The notes under the pieces were generated by a model. It worked only from the letters and a program-made list of their open reading frames with translations. It ran no database searches and was not told the origin of the DNA. DNA of 64,000 bases from Planctomycetota bacterium (GTDB taxonomy: Bacteria > Planctomycetota > B15-G4): assembly GCA_965248575.1 (NCBI GenBank), contig CBDFJQ010000002.1:736001-800000 (forward strand), in the 5' to 3' direction. A program made the translations under genes and the position numbers. How positions within the stretch are numbered: the first letter of the stretch is position 1; every line of letters begins with the position of its first letter. Positions 1-9,842 of the stretch are shown here, one piece after another.

Positions 1-1
1 G

Positions 2-286
2 GTGGATGAAGGGGCCGGGCGACTCGCCGAGCCCCTCACCGAAGAGGCCACGCGGATTGTGTTGCGGTCGCCTGTGCTTTCGGGAGATGACCGTACTCCG
101 GACGCCGTCTGGGTGGACGGGGAGTGGATGAGCGTCCTGGCTCAGGACGGCCGCGTGTGGACGGTGAAGCGCGGCCTGCGAGGAACCCTGCCGGCTGCCC
201 ATGCCGGGGGCGCTGTGGTCCGCGTCGGGAAACTCTTCCAGCGCACGCTGCGGCTGCCTGTGCATCGGGAGGACTTCGACGGATGA
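2..286 (+). CDS. 3' fragment of a hypothetical protein (pilin/secretion-associated operon)
   Basis: ORF open at the window edge; its TGA overlaps the ATG of the next gene (ATGA at 283-286). Confidence 0.6.
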   Translation: MDEGAGRLAEPLTEEATRIVLRSPVLSGDDRTPDAVWVDGEWMSVLAQDGRVWTVKRGLRGTLPAAHAGGAVVRVGKLFQRTLRLPVHREDFDG

Positions 287-795
287 TCAGGGCCCGCTCC
301 AAGTCGCAACAGGGGTTCACCCTGGTGGAGATCCTGCTGGCGATGCTGGTGTTCCTGACAGGCGTGGCAGGGCTCTATGCCTTGCTGGGCACCGGGCTGA
401 GCATGCAGAAGGACAGTCTCGAACTCTCGCTGCTCGCGGGCCGGCGCACGGCCGTTCGGCAGCTCCTGGAGCAACAGGTGCAGCAACGCTTCCTGGCTGA
501 TCCACGGGCTCTCGCCCGGAACGGCGAGCAAGAGGCCAAGTTGGAAGACCTGTTGGAGGCCCAGTTGCCCGACGGGAGCTTCTATCGGGTGAATTTCGTG
601 GCAGGTTCGGTGGATCCAGAGGCGACTCTGCTGAAGGCCGAGGTGCGCATCAGCGGCACACGCGTGGGCTTGGAGCGCGCGTTGCCCTGGACCCTCTTCC
701 TGGACAAGGGGCCGAACATGGCCTCAGCCATCGCCGTGTGGCGAGCCCGCGTCATGCAGACGCGCACGTTGGATACGATCGAGGAGATGCCATGA
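283..795 (+). CDS. Prepilin-type N-terminal cleavage/methylation protein (pseudopilin/minor pilin)
   Basis: MIRARSKSQQG|FTLVEILLAMLVFLTG type III signal peptide; start placed at ATG 283 by the ATGA overlap. Confidence 0.85.
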   Translation: MIRARSKSQQGFTLVEILLAMLVFLTGVAGLYALLGTGLSMQKDSLELSLLAGRRTAVRQLLEQQVQQRFLADPRALARNGEQEAKLEDLLEAQLPDGSFYRVNFVAGSVDPEATLLKAEVRISGTRVGLERALPWTLFLDKGPNMASAIAVWRARVMQTRTLDTIEEMP

Positions 796-2315
796 AGACC
801 GGACGAGTCGCGAAGGCCCTGAAGCTCTGGGGAAGCTTGGTCGTGTGCTGCGTCGCGCTCGTCGATGCGGTTGCAGCCGCGGTCATTTTGACCGAGGGAG
901 AGATCCTGACCCTCCGCGATGGGCGGCTCGTGCATGGGACCATCACCGACTTCGACGAAGCTTCGGGGATTACGCTGGAGCGGGCTGACACGGGCGGGCT
1001 CATCCGCTTGAAGTGGGAGCACCTGCAATCCAGTGAGGTGAAGCGCATCAAGGCGGCGCGGGGGTTCACGGGCGAAGCTCCCGAGGCCTTCCTTGTGGAT
1101 GTGGTGCATCTCGTCCTCAAGAACGGCACGACGGAGTCGGGGCTGCGAGTCGACGAGGAACGGGAAGACTTCTACACCCTCCGGCGCCGGAGCGGCACCG
1201 ACAGCTTTCCCAAACACTACGTGCAGAGCGTGGAACCCGGCCGCATGAACGGCCTGGAGATCTACGCCCCGAACGAGCTCTATCAGGTCCTTCAAGCGGC
1301 ACGCGGCCTTCCCCTCGATGCGCTGAGTCACTTCAACATGGCGGTGGCGTGCGAGGGGGCAGGGCTCTACGACCGCGCTGGCGAGCACTATGCAGAAGTG
1401 GTGCGGCTCGACGCCGGCTTCAAGCCGGAGCTGCTGGTCGCGCGCCTCGATCGCATCGCCGTGAAGATCGAAGATGCTGCAGAAACCCTGATCCTGGACG
1501 ACATCCGCAAGCTGCTCTACAGGCGCAAGTTCGGCGTTGCGGCGGATTCCGCTCGCGGCTTCATGCTGGAGTACCCGGAGTCCAGGCAGCTTGGAGATGC
1601 CACCGCGCTGGCTGCCGAGATTCAGCGTCGCAAGCAGGAGCACCACGCGCGCGGCATGATCTCCGACTACTACTCGCTGCTGGAAGATCGCGTGCAGGGG
1701 CTCGCCCGGGACAAGGAATTGGGGCTGGATGTGGCCCGCGAGACCCTGGAAGACTTCCTGCACCGGGAGGTCTTGAGCGAGCTGGGCAGCTCCTATGAGT
1801 TGGTAGAGGAGACCGTGCTTGGCCTGTGGGCCGAACGCTCGGGGGGAAGCATGCGCAGCCACTCCTACGGCACAGGCACCTTCATCCTGGGCAAGCAGAA
1901 GGCGCTCGACTTTGGTCGGACGGACGACGAGGACAGGCAGGCGGCGGAGCCAGGGGATGAGCTGGATGCCGAGGAGGAGTTCGCTGATCTGGTGGAACAG
2001 GTCAAGAAGCAACGCGCCCGAAAAGCCGCCCGGCGGCAGAGTGCAGGCTCCACGGGCCTAAACCTGGATGACGAGGGCCCGACGGCAGAGCAGTGGTGGG
2101 AGCGTGCCGAGTCGGACGATCGTTACCGCTGGCTGATGGCCTACTTCGCTGAGTTTGCGGAGGCCGTGCGAGTGGTCGAGACACGGGGGCGTCCGTGTCG
2201 GCTTTGCGACAGCGACGGTTTCCTGGAGGGGCTGAACCAGGATCGCGAGCCGGTGCGCACCACCTGCCCGTCCTGCAAGGGCCTCAAGTTTGAGCGATTG
2301 GTTCGCTACCGTTGA
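792..2315 (+). CDS. Exported helical/TPR-like protein with C-terminal CxxC..CxxC zinc finger
   Basis: Hydrophobic N-terminus; TPR-like HFNMAVACEGAGLYDRAGEHYAEVVRLD; CRLCDSDG...CPSCKG; ATGA overlap at 792. Confidence 0.7.
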   Translation: MKTGRVAKALKLWGSLVVCCVALVDAVAAAVILTEGEILTLRDGRLVHGTITDFDEASGITLERADTGGLIRLKWEHLQSSEVKRIKAARGFTGEAPEAFLVDVVHLVLKNGTTESGLRVDEEREDFYTLRRRSGTDSFPKHYVQSVEPGRMNGLEIYAPNELYQVLQAARGLPLDALSHFNMAVACEGAGLYDRAGEHYAEVVRLDAGFKPELLVARLDRIAVKIEDAAETLILDDIRKLLYRRKFGVAADSARGFMLEYPESRQLGDATALAAEIQRRKQEHHARGMISDYYSLLEDRVQGLARDKELGLDVARETLEDFLHREVLSELGSSYELVEETVLGLWAERSGGSMRSHSYGTGTFILGKQKALDFGRTDDEDRQAAEPGDELDAEEEFADLVEQVKKQRARKAARRQSAGSTGLNLDDEGPTAEQWWERAESDDRYRWLMAYFAEFAEAVRVVETRGRPCRLCDSDGFLEGLNQDREPVRTTCPSCKGLKFERLVRYR

Positions 2316-3328
2316 GGCCCATGAAGATCCCCGTGAAAAGCCCAGTGAAGGATCGGTTGGGCGTCGTCCTGCTCGTGCTGCTGTTCGCGTCCGGTTGGAT
2401 TCCCTCGGCCGCGGCCTTGCAGGAGAGCCCGGGCTCCGCCCTTCCCGCGGTCGATGAGGGCCTGCCGCTCGCGCAGCTCCCCGCTGGGAGACAGGCGGCG
2501 GCGACACTCCTGCGCAGGCCTGCGTCTCGCGATTTCGTGGTGCGTGAGGTGGGCGACATCCAGATCATGGCCAGCGATGTGTTCAGCATGCTGGATCTGG
2601 CAGCCCCCGATCTCTCGGGGGAGGTGCTCGCCAACATGGTGCTGACCACCGTCACGGAGCTGGAGGCCGTGCGCGAGGGGATCGACGTGCCGGAGCAGGA
2701 GCTCACGGACCGAGTGGAGCAAGCTCTCGCTCAACAGGCTGCCAGCTTTGCACTGGAAGGGAACTCCTCCATGCCCTTGGAGGAGTATCTGGCTCAGGTC
2801 CATGGCATGACGGGCCCTGACTATCGGGAGCACGTCCGCCGCGGGGTGCTCTCGGAGATGCTCCTGGCCCGGGTCTCGCGACTCCAGCAGCTGCGGGAGA
2901 CTCGGGACCAGCTGCAGATCCTGCTCGTGGATGATGAGACCCTGGCGCTGGAGATCGAGGAACTCCTGAACGAAGGCGCCAGCTTTTCCGTGCTGGCCAA
3001 GCAGCATTCGGTCCACGGTTCGAGCGCCCAGGGGGGGCTGATGCCGCCCATCTCCCTGGAAGTGACAGCGCCCATGCTGGACGGGCGGGAGGGGCTCGAG
3101 GTCGGAGGAATCCTGGGCCCAGCGCCCATCACCCTGGGCGACCAGGACTTCTACCGCTTCCTACGCCTGGTGGAACGCCGGGCGCCAGTCGAGGGCACCT
3201 GGACGGAGCTGCGTGGGCTGGTGGAGGGCGACCTGGAGCAGAATCCGATGAATCCTGATGAGGTGGCCATCTTTGAAGCGCGGATGCTGGCTCGATATCG
3301 TGTGGTCCGCCCGCCCAAGACTCCGTAG
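2312..3328 (+). CDS. Parvulin/SurA-PrsA-like peptidyl-prolyl isomerase
   Basis: Signal peptide; GASFSVLAKQHSVHGSSAQGGLM rotamase motif; start may be ATG 2321. Confidence 0.7.
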   Translation: MRPMKIPVKSPVKDRLGVVLLVLLFASGWIPSAAALQESPGSALPAVDEGLPLAQLPAGRQAAATLLRRPASRDFVVREVGDIQIMASDVFSMLDLAAPDLSGEVLANMVLTTVTELEAVREGIDVPEQELTDRVEQALAQQAASFALEGNSSMPLEEYLAQVHGMTGPDYREHVRRGVLSEMLLARVSRLQQLRETRDQLQILLVDDETLALEIEELLNEGASFSVLAKQHSVHGSSAQGGLMPPISLEVTAPMLDGREGLEVGGILGPAPITLGDQDFYRFLRLVERRAPVEGTWTELRGLVEGDLEQNPMNPDEVAIFEARMLARYRVVRPPKTP

Positions 3329-3411
3329 CGAATCCAGGTCTTCACGCACGACGCTGCACGCCACGGATCCACTCGTTCTTTCAGCACATCCCCGCAGATC
3401 ACCGAGACACC

Positions 3412-4284
3412 ATGATTCAGAAGAGGCCTGGACAAGCCGCCCGCTCACGCAAGGGGCGCAAGAAGTCCGCCGGTTCGGCATCTGGCGCAACATCCGCTGC
3501 GGCGCGCGGGGCATCCGTCGCAGCCAGCTCGGATGGCGGAGAAGCCCTGGAAGCCGAGGTCGAGGTCGAGGCGAGGGAAGACGTCGAGCAGGTTGAGCTC
3601 GCCGACGAGCCAGAGGCCGAGCTTCCGCCTGAGGACTCCGACCCGCTGGACGAGGTCGCCGAAGAGCCGGCCGAGGCCACGGAGGGCGAAGGGGATGCCG
3701 AACACGAGACCGAGCAGTCCAGCAAGCCCAAGAAGCCCAAGAAGCCTGCGAGAGAGCCGCTGGACATCGCCCAGCTGGCCCTTCGGGTGGAAGCGCTGCT
3801 CTTCGCCTCAGGGCAGGTTTTGGGCCTGCGCAAGCTGTCCAAGGCTCTCCAGGCCACAGGCGACGAGGTCCGGGAGGCCCTGGATCGCCTGACGGAGACT
3901 TGGTCTGAGCGCGAGACGGCGATGGAGCTGGTGGAGGTCTCGGGGGGCTGGCGTCTCATGACCCGGGCGGCATATCACGAAGATGTGGCCCAGCTGACAG
4001 CTAAGACCCGCATCGAGAAGCTCTCACCTGCAGCCCTGGAGACACTGGCTGTCGTGGCCTATCGGCAACCCATTGGCCGGGCAGAAATCGAAGCTGTTCG
4101 AGGAGTGCAGTGCGGCCCGCTGTTGCGGGTGCTGCTCGATCGTGATTTGATCCGCATCTCCGGGCGCTCGTCCGAGCCCGGACACCCGTTGCTTTACGGC
4201 ACGACCAAGCGCTTTCTCGACCACTTCGGGTTGGCGTCTTTGAAGAACCTGCCGGACGTCAAGGATCTACTGAACGTCTCATGA
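3412..4284 (+). CDS. scpB: SMC-Scp complex subunit ScpB with long charged N-terminal extension
   Basis: VEALLFAS, LSPAALETLAVVAYRQPIGRAEIEAVRGV and LLYGTTKRFLDHFGLASL motifs. Confidence 0.93.
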   Translation: MIQKRPGQAARSRKGRKKSAGSASGATSAAARGASVAASSDGGEALEAEVEVEAREDVEQVELADEPEAELPPEDSDPLDEVAEEPAEATEGEGDAEHETEQSSKPKKPKKPAREPLDIAQLALRVEALLFASGQVLGLRKLSKALQATGDEVREALDRLTETWSERETAMELVEVSGGWRLMTRAAYHEDVAQLTAKTRIEKLSPAALETLAVVAYRQPIGRAEIEAVRGVQCGPLLRVLLDRDLIRISGRSSEPGHPLLYGTTKRFLDHFGLASLKNLPDVKDLLNVS

Positions 4285-6224
4285 GTTTCACTTGGTTCCG
4301 TAAGCACGAGAAGACTTTCCTCTGGATCACGGTCGCTTTTACGATCGTGATCTTTGCGCTGTTCTCCTCCATGGGCGACCTCGATCGGGCGTTCTCGAGT
4401 GGGGGGGCTTCGGCGGATAGCCTGGCTGGCTCCTTCACCACCGCCACGAGCGGGTCCACGGTCGAGGTCGATCAGCAAACCTTCCTGAGCACGCGCCAGA
4501 ATTACGTGCGCTTCATGAAGATGATGGGCGGCGGCAGCACCCCGGATGTGGAGGACGAAGACATCTGGGCGCACCTGATCACGCTCTCAGACGCGGAGGA
4601 CGCCGGCCTGGTGGTCTCTGATGCGGAGCTGGGCAGCGCCTTGGGGCAGCTGATCCCGGGCGGGAGCAAAGATCTCTATCAGCAGGTCGTGGCCCGCAGC
4701 GGATTCGCCACGGCCCGTGCCTTCGAGGGCTTTTTCCGGACGGTGATGATGGCACAGCGCTGGCGCGAGGCCCGCTACCGCTCGGCTTCCGTGCTTCCCG
4801 CCGAAGACGTCTACCAACGCTGGCGCGTGGACAACGAGCTGTTCGATCTCGATGCGGTGATCTTCGAAGACCTGGACCCCGAGAGCATCGAGAGCCCCGG
4901 TCCGGCGACCTTGCTGGCGTGGTACGAGGAGCTGCCAGAGTTCAGCCGCAACAGCCTGTTCAAGGAGCCGGCCAAGCACGACATCGCCTTCGCCTACCTG
5001 CCCTTCGATGTCGACCCCGACGAGCTCATCGCCAGCCTGGACGAGTCCGTGGCTGCAGCCGTAGCCGAGCCTTCGGACACCGACATCCTGCAGCGCTTCG
5101 TCCGGGTGAAGAACCAACGCTACGAAGGGCTGGATGCCCCGGATGACGAGACGAAGCAGCTGCTCGCGCGGGAGCTGAAGGTCCTGGCCCTCGCCGCCGG
5201 CGCTCACTCCGAGTACCGGTTGCTGAGTGAGGAAGAGCGCAGCCTGGAGGGCTTCACCGCGAGCATGGAGAAGTTCGGCCTGGGTTTCGTGAATCCGGAA
5301 GGCTTGCTGGGGGCTGAGGAGGTCGAAGCCCTGGAGCACATCGGCGACGACATCCTGCCCTTGCGTTTGCGACAGATGCGCAAGACCGGCGACTCCCAGA
5401 TCATCACGAGTGTCACCGGCCTGGAGAATGCCGCCGCCGTGGTGTTCCTGGAAGCGGTCATCGACGAGCGCCCGCTGGAGTTCGCGGAGGCCGGCGAGCA
5501 GGTCCTCGACGAATGGCGCATCAAGCAGGCCGAACTGGCTCCGCGCCAGTTCCACGACGCCCTCAAGGAAGCAGCCCGGAATCTCCCCGACGTTGGGGGT
5601 GTGCTTCAGCTGCTGGAGACGACGGCTACTGAAGCTGCTGAGCTGGCCATCGCCGCCGCGGAAGCAGCAGCTGCCGAGGTGGGGCCCAGCGAGGATGGCA
5701 GCGTGACCATCGTCGACGACGCCCGGAAGGACGAGATCCGGGCCGCGGAGTTGGCCCGCGTCCAAGGCGACATCGACAACGCGGTTTCGGAACACCTCCA
5801 TCAGGTGTGGGACAGCGTCATCGAAGGACTGGGCGACGCTGTTGAGCGCGTTCAGTACACGGGCGTGCCGCGCAACTACCGCTCGTCCCTGACGGCGGAT
5901 GAGCGTGACCCCTTGAGCATGGAGCAGCATGTGAAGACGCACTTCGCCGTCTTCCAGCTGGACCAGGACAGCGTGACCGACGTCCTGCGCCTGCCGGCGG
6001 CGAACGCCTCGGCAGTGGTGCTCGTGGCGGGTCGCTCCTACCCGGAGATTGACGCCATGTTCGCCGATGAGGAGGGCATGCTGGCGGCACGGACCTCCCA
6101 GAGTTCTGCGGCCATGATGCTCATGCAGGACGAGTTCTCAGCTGCGGGCATCCTGGAATCCCACGGCCTGCTTGTTGCCCAGCCTGAAGAGGCTGCGGAC
6201 GAAGAGCCGGGCGACGCGCCGTAG
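4281..6224 (+). CDS. Membrane-anchored PpiD/SurA-N-like periplasmic chaperone
   Basis: MSFTWFRKHEK plus TM anchor; AEDAGLVVSDAEL SurA_N-like motif; ATGA overlap with scpB. Confidence 0.6.
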   Translation: MSFTWFRKHEKTFLWITVAFTIVIFALFSSMGDLDRAFSSGGASADSLAGSFTTATSGSTVEVDQQTFLSTRQNYVRFMKMMGGGSTPDVEDEDIWAHLITLSDAEDAGLVVSDAELGSALGQLIPGGSKDLYQQVVARSGFATARAFEGFFRTVMMAQRWREARYRSASVLPAEDVYQRWRVDNELFDLDAVIFEDLDPESIESPGPATLLAWYEELPEFSRNSLFKEPAKHDIAFAYLPFDVDPDELIASLDESVAAAVAEPSDTDILQRFVRVKNQRYEGLDAPDDETKQLLARELKVLALAAGAHSEYRLLSEEERSLEGFTASMEKFGLGFVNPEGLLGAEEVEALEHIGDDILPLRLRQMRKTGDSQIITSVTGLENAAAVVFLEAVIDERPLEFAEAGEQVLDEWRIKQAELAPRQFHDALKEAARNLPDVGGVLQLLETTATEAAELAIAAAEAAAAEVGPSEDGSVTIVDDARKDEIRAAELARVQGDIDNAVSEHLHQVWDSVIEGLGDAVERVQYTGVPRNYRSSLTADERDPLSMEQHVKTHFAVFQLDQDSVTDVLRLPAANASAVVLVAGRSYPEIDAMFADEEGMLAARTSQSSAAMMLMQDEFSAAGILESHGLLVAQPEEAADEEPGDAP

Positions 6225-6229
6225 AGAGT

Positions 6230-6511
6230 TCAACTCTCGGCAGTGGACCTGGGCTGCGTGTGCTGCGTGGGTAGGCAGGGCGGCTTGCTGCGGATGACGG
6301 GGTCGTAGCCCCCGGGATGCAGTGGCTGGCACTTCAGCAGTCGCCACAGGCTGAGGGCGCTGCCCACCAGGATGCCTTTTCGCTGGATGGCCTCTGCCGC
6401 GTAGTGCGAGCAGCTGGGCGTGAAGCGGCAGCTGTCCGGGATCACGGCACCCACCGTCAGGCGCCAGATGCGGCCGATGCTGGCGACCAGTGATCGCAAC
6501 AGGGAGCGCAT
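6230..6511 (-). CDS. yidD: Membrane protein insertion efficiency factor YidD
   Basis: CRFTPSCSHYAAEAI...RLLKCQPLHPGGYDPV. Confidence 0.92.
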   Translation of the reverse strand: MRSLLRSLVASIGRIWRLTVGAVIPDSCRFTPSCSHYAAEAIQRKGILVGSALSLWRLLKCQPLHPGGYDPVIRSKPPCLPTQHTQPRSTAES

Positions 6512-6912
6512 CAGCGGCGGGGGCCGCCGCTGGGTCTGGGTCTGGGTTGCGGGCGTGCGTGCTTGCTCAGGATGTCTCGCAAGGAGCGCAGGGCAACGGC
6601 GTAGCTGTCTGGCGCCGCATGAGGGCGGGCGATGAGCACCAGCTCCATCGGTTGGGGAAAGGACGGTTCCAGCTCACGGTAGGCGGCACGGAGGCAGCGC
6701 TTGACCCGATTGCGGCGCGGGGCATTGCCCACCTTCCTGCTGACGCTCAGGCCGAGCCGCGAACGACTGCCGGCTGACAGCGGGCGGAGGCGGACCACGA
6801 GCTGGCGATTCACCACCTTGATGCCCGATTGGAACACCACGTCGAACTGCTGCCGGTTGCGCAGCCGCGTGCTTTGATCGAAGCGCCCTTCGGGGGCCGA
6901 TCCCTGGTCCAC
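6511..6912 (-). CDS. rnpA: Ribonuclease P protein component
   Basis: RLGLSVSRKVGNAPRRNRVKRCLR RNR motif; start set at GTG 6912, just after the upstream stop. Confidence 0.92.
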   Translation of the reverse strand: MDQGSAPEGRFDQSTRLRNRQQFDVVFQSGIKVVNRQLVVRLRPLSAGSRSRLGLSVSRKVGNAPRRNRVKRCLRAAYRELEPSFPQPMELVLIARPHAAPDSYAVALRSLRDILSKHARPQPRPRPSGGPRR

Positions 6913-6916
6913 TCGC

Positions 6917-7966
6917 TCAGCTCTTGACGGGGCGAGTGGCGCCGCGGCCGACGAGCTTGTCGATGCGGTCGAAGGTCTGGCTGGCGACGTCGTCGAAGTC
7001 GACGTTCTGTGCGCGCAGCTTGAGAAAGGTCTCCAGGTCGCTGACAGCTTCATCGAGCATCAAGAGCAGCTCGTGCAGGGTGGCCCTGAATTCGTAGTGC
7101 CCCGCTTGCATCAGCTGGCGTTGCTCGATGCCATTGATGGCCTCGAGGGCCGCTTCGTGGTCGCCGAGGCTGTAATGGATGTGTGCCATGGCGTCGCGCA
7201 GCTGACGCTCCTTCTGAAGGTTGTCCTCGATCCGGCGTTCGAGGCTGAGCTCGAAGGAGGGGGAGAGATTGTGCGTCTCCTGCAACGTGTTGTTCGTGAC
7301 CTGGTTGGACTGCATGAGCTGCTCGACGGCGCGAGCTGAGTAGTCCAGGGCCTCGGTCTCGCGCTCCCCCTGCAGGTTGAGCACGAGCGCCAGTTCGATC
7401 AATGCGTAGGTGTTGTCGGCCTGCAGGTCGAAGTCCAACACCTTCTTGAGCGCGTGTTCGGCCTCGCTGAGATGTTTCTTCCGGCCGGTCCGTTCAGCAA
7501 CCAGCTTGCGGCTCTCGGCCTGTCGACCCTCGTCGTCCAGGAACTCGCTGCTCAGCTGCCATTGGATACGGCCGATCTCCCCGTCGCTGAGCATGGCGCG
7601 CGCGAGGTGCGCCTGGCCGATGCCCAGCCAGACGCGGTAGTTCTTGTCACTGGCTGTACCGCGCAGGTCTTCCAGGGTGCGGATCGCCTCGTCGAGCAGC
7701 ACGACTTCGTTGCGCGTCTCACCGAGTTTGGTGAGGCAGTAGCCGCGCATCAGGCGCATGCCCTCGGAGTCCTCATCGAAGCTGAGCGCCATCTCGGCCT
7801 GCTGAACAGCTTGAACGTACGACCCCTTGTTGTAGAACTCCTGACTGTTGCGCTGATGGAGCGTGAAGCGCTTCTCGTCCTGCTCCGACAGACCTAGGCA
7901 GCCTGTCGAGAGCAGGATCGTCATCAGGGCCAGGGCCCTTGTGCTCATGGTGGTCTTCATGATCAA
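6917..7966 (-). CDS. TPR-repeat lipoprotein
   Basis: Lipobox-like LLSTGC; repeated TPR-like helices (YRVWLGIGQAHLARA, HIHYSLGDHEAALEA). Confidence 0.7.
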   Translation of the reverse strand: MIMKTTMSTRALALMTILLSTGCLGLSEQDEKRFTLHQRNSQEFYNKGSYVQAVQQAEMALSFDEDSEGMRLMRGYCLTKLGETRNEVVLLDEAIRTLEDLRGTASDKNYRVWLGIGQAHLARAMLSDGEIGRIQWQLSSEFLDDEGRQAESRKLVAERTGRKKHLSEAEHALKKVLDFDLQADNTYALIELALVLNLQGERETEALDYSARAVEQLMQSNQVTNNTLQETHNLSPSFELSLERRIEDNLQKERQLRDAMAHIHYSLGDHEAALEAINGIEQRQLMQAGHYEFRATLHELLLMLDEAVSDLETFLKLRAQNVDFDDVASQTFDRIDKLVGRGATRPVKS

Positions 7967-7991
7967 GGGGCTCCTGAGATGAGGGTGCGAC

Positions 7992-8456
7992 TCAGCCGAG
8001 ATCTTCGGCGTCGTAGACCCACTTGTGGCCGGCCGGCTGCCATTCGACGATCTCGTCTGCAGCGAAGAATAGCGAGATTTCGCGGCTTGCGGCTTCCGGC
8101 GAGTCGGATCCGTGGATCAGGTTGTAGGAACGCGAGACTCCGAAGTCACCGCGGATGGTGCCCGGGTCCGCATCCCGGCCAAAAGTGGCGCCCATCATCT
8201 TGCGGCAGACCGTGATGGCCTCCACGCCCTCCAGCACCAGGACGAGTACGGGGCTTTCGCCCATGAAGCGCACCAGACCCGGGTAGAAGGGCCGTTCCTT
8301 GTGGTCCTGGTAGTGCGTGGCCAACAGCTCCTCGCTCAACTTGCGGAAGCGCGCTGCCACGACGGTCAGTCCCTTGCTCTCGAAGCGGGTCAGGATCTGG
8401 CCCATGAGGCCCCTCTGGACGGCGTCGGGCTTGAGGATGATGAGGGTGCGTTCCAT
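7992..8456 (-). CDS. ndk: Nucleoside diphosphate kinase
   Basis: MERTLIILKPDAVQRGL, PGTIRGDFG and NLIHGSDS motifs. Confidence 0.97.
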   Translation of the reverse strand: MERTLIILKPDAVQRGLMGQILTRFESKGLTVVAARFRKLSEELLATHYQDHKERPFYPGLVRFMGESPVLVLVLEGVEAITVCRKMMGATFGRDADPGTIRGDFGVSRSYNLIHGSDSPEAASREISLFFAADEIVEWQPAGHKWVYDAEDLG

Positions 8457-8639
8457 GAAGGTTTCCTGGATTGGGTTCAGAGCAAGCTACGAGTGGGTCC
8501 GTGAGCACCGCATTTTGGCGGGTTCACATGAGCCGCGCAGTCTAGCTCGAAGATCTCGCCGCGATCTACTGCGGGTACCCAGCGAACGGCTTCGCTAGCC
8601 TGGAGGGTCGAGACCGATGCTCCCTCTGAGAGATCCCGC

Positions 8640-9512
8640 ATGTTGGGCGTGCACTGCAATGGCCAGCCCCGGAACCAGGGCTGGCACCAGATCTGGCAGC
8701 GGAACCCGTCTCGGGTGCCGCACCATCGACGTTGGCCGCAGTTGCTGTGGATCGGGGCCCTGGCGTGCCTGGGGGTCTTGCCGGCCTGCGGCGTGACGCG
8801 GGCCTCCATCGACAAGCCCTCGGACCCTATGGCCTTGCCCAACCTGCGTCGGGCAAGCGAAGCCTTGCAGGTGAACATCGTGCGCGAGAAGGAGCACGTG
8901 ATCAGCCTGAATGCCCAGCTGGACGCCTTGCGGGCTGACGAAGCCCGGGTCTACGCGGAGGTATTGGACGCAGAGGAGACCTATCAGCGCCTGCGGGCGG
9001 ACGCTGACGGGGTGAACGCGGACGTCTTGGCCGTGCAGGGAGAGCTGGACGAGGCCCTGGCGAAGCTGGAGACCAAGCGCAGCGAACGGGACGGCGCTCG
9101 AGCCGAGCAGGTGGAGTCGGATGCCCAGCTGGCCGAGGCGCGTCAGGAAGGCCTGGAGGCTCGCCGGGAGATCGCCTTCTGGCGCGGAGGGGTGTCGGAA
9201 GATGGTGGTGTGAGGTTCTTCCGTCAGAAGCGCCTGGAAGCCTTCCGGGCCCAGTGGTCGATTCCCTTGCAGGCATGGGGTGAGCTGCTGCGCGAGTTGG
9301 GACTCCAGCGCGTGATCTCTGATGAATCAGCCGTTCTCCAGGAGGACCGACCTGCGGAGCCGGTGCCTGACGACAGCCTTCCGGCCCCGGAAGTGACGCC
9401 CCCGGAGTCGGGTGATGAACCCGCGCAGGTCACTCCATCCGAAGACGGGGTGGACTCAGGCGCGGAGCCCGCCAGCGAGGACAGCGGGGGTGAGGGAGGA
9501 TCAGGGGTCTGA
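8640..9512 (+). CDS. Hypothetical coiled-coil lipoprotein
   Basis: Hydrophobic stretch ending LPAC; long heptad region; acidic Pro-rich tail; start uncertain. Confidence 0.55.
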   Translation: MLGVHCNGQPRNQGWHQIWQRNPSRVPHHRRWPQLLWIGALACLGVLPACGVTRASIDKPSDPMALPNLRRASEALQVNIVREKEHVISLNAQLDALRADEARVYAEVLDAEETYQRLRADADGVNADVLAVQGELDEALAKLETKRSERDGARAEQVESDAQLAEARQEGLEARREIAFWRGGVSEDGGVRFFRQKRLEAFRAQWSIPLQAWGELLRELGLQRVISDESAVLQEDRPAEPVPDDSLPAPEVTPPESGDEPAQVTPSEDGVDSGAEPASEDSGGEGGSGV

Positions 9513-9570
9513 GTTGGCGGACCGCCTGATCTCCAGCTGCTGCCAGGGCTTCTCCCGCCGCGCGCCGCTG

Positions 9571-9625
9571 GAAAATGCAAAAATGCGCCCTCAGGGGTTG
9601 ATCCGAAAGTGCCTCTGCGTAGGAT
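9571..9625 (+). promoter_or_regulatory. Putative sigma70-type promoter of the atp operon
   Basis: A-tracts at 9572-9583, then TTGATC(9598)-16 nt-TAGGAT(9620). Confidence 0.45.
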
Positions 9626-9842
9626 CCAAAGCGTTTCCGTATCGGGGTCAAAAAAAGGTGTTTCTGGACGGCCCAGGAGGTCGCTCAGGACACAGATTCG
9701 AGATCGCGAGAATCGGCAGCAAACGCAGGATCAGGAACCGGCAGTGGATGGTGGGCAGGGCCAGCATTCGGCACGGCAGCAGGTCGCCGTCGGGGTCAGG
9801 GCCATCGCGAGACAGAGACGGCAGCAGGAGCTCTTCTGAGCC

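Noticed and set aside
582..2012. Long antisense ORFs (also 4587-5942, 10578-12392, 13331-14995, 15841-17322, 20314-22137, 32823-34457)
   Set aside because: Shadow frames opposite well-supported genes, expected at high GC; no recognisable motifs
6913..7053. N-terminal extension of RnpA in the ORF track
   Set aside because: It overlaps the upstream TPR gene; GTG at 6912 gives a normal-sized protein
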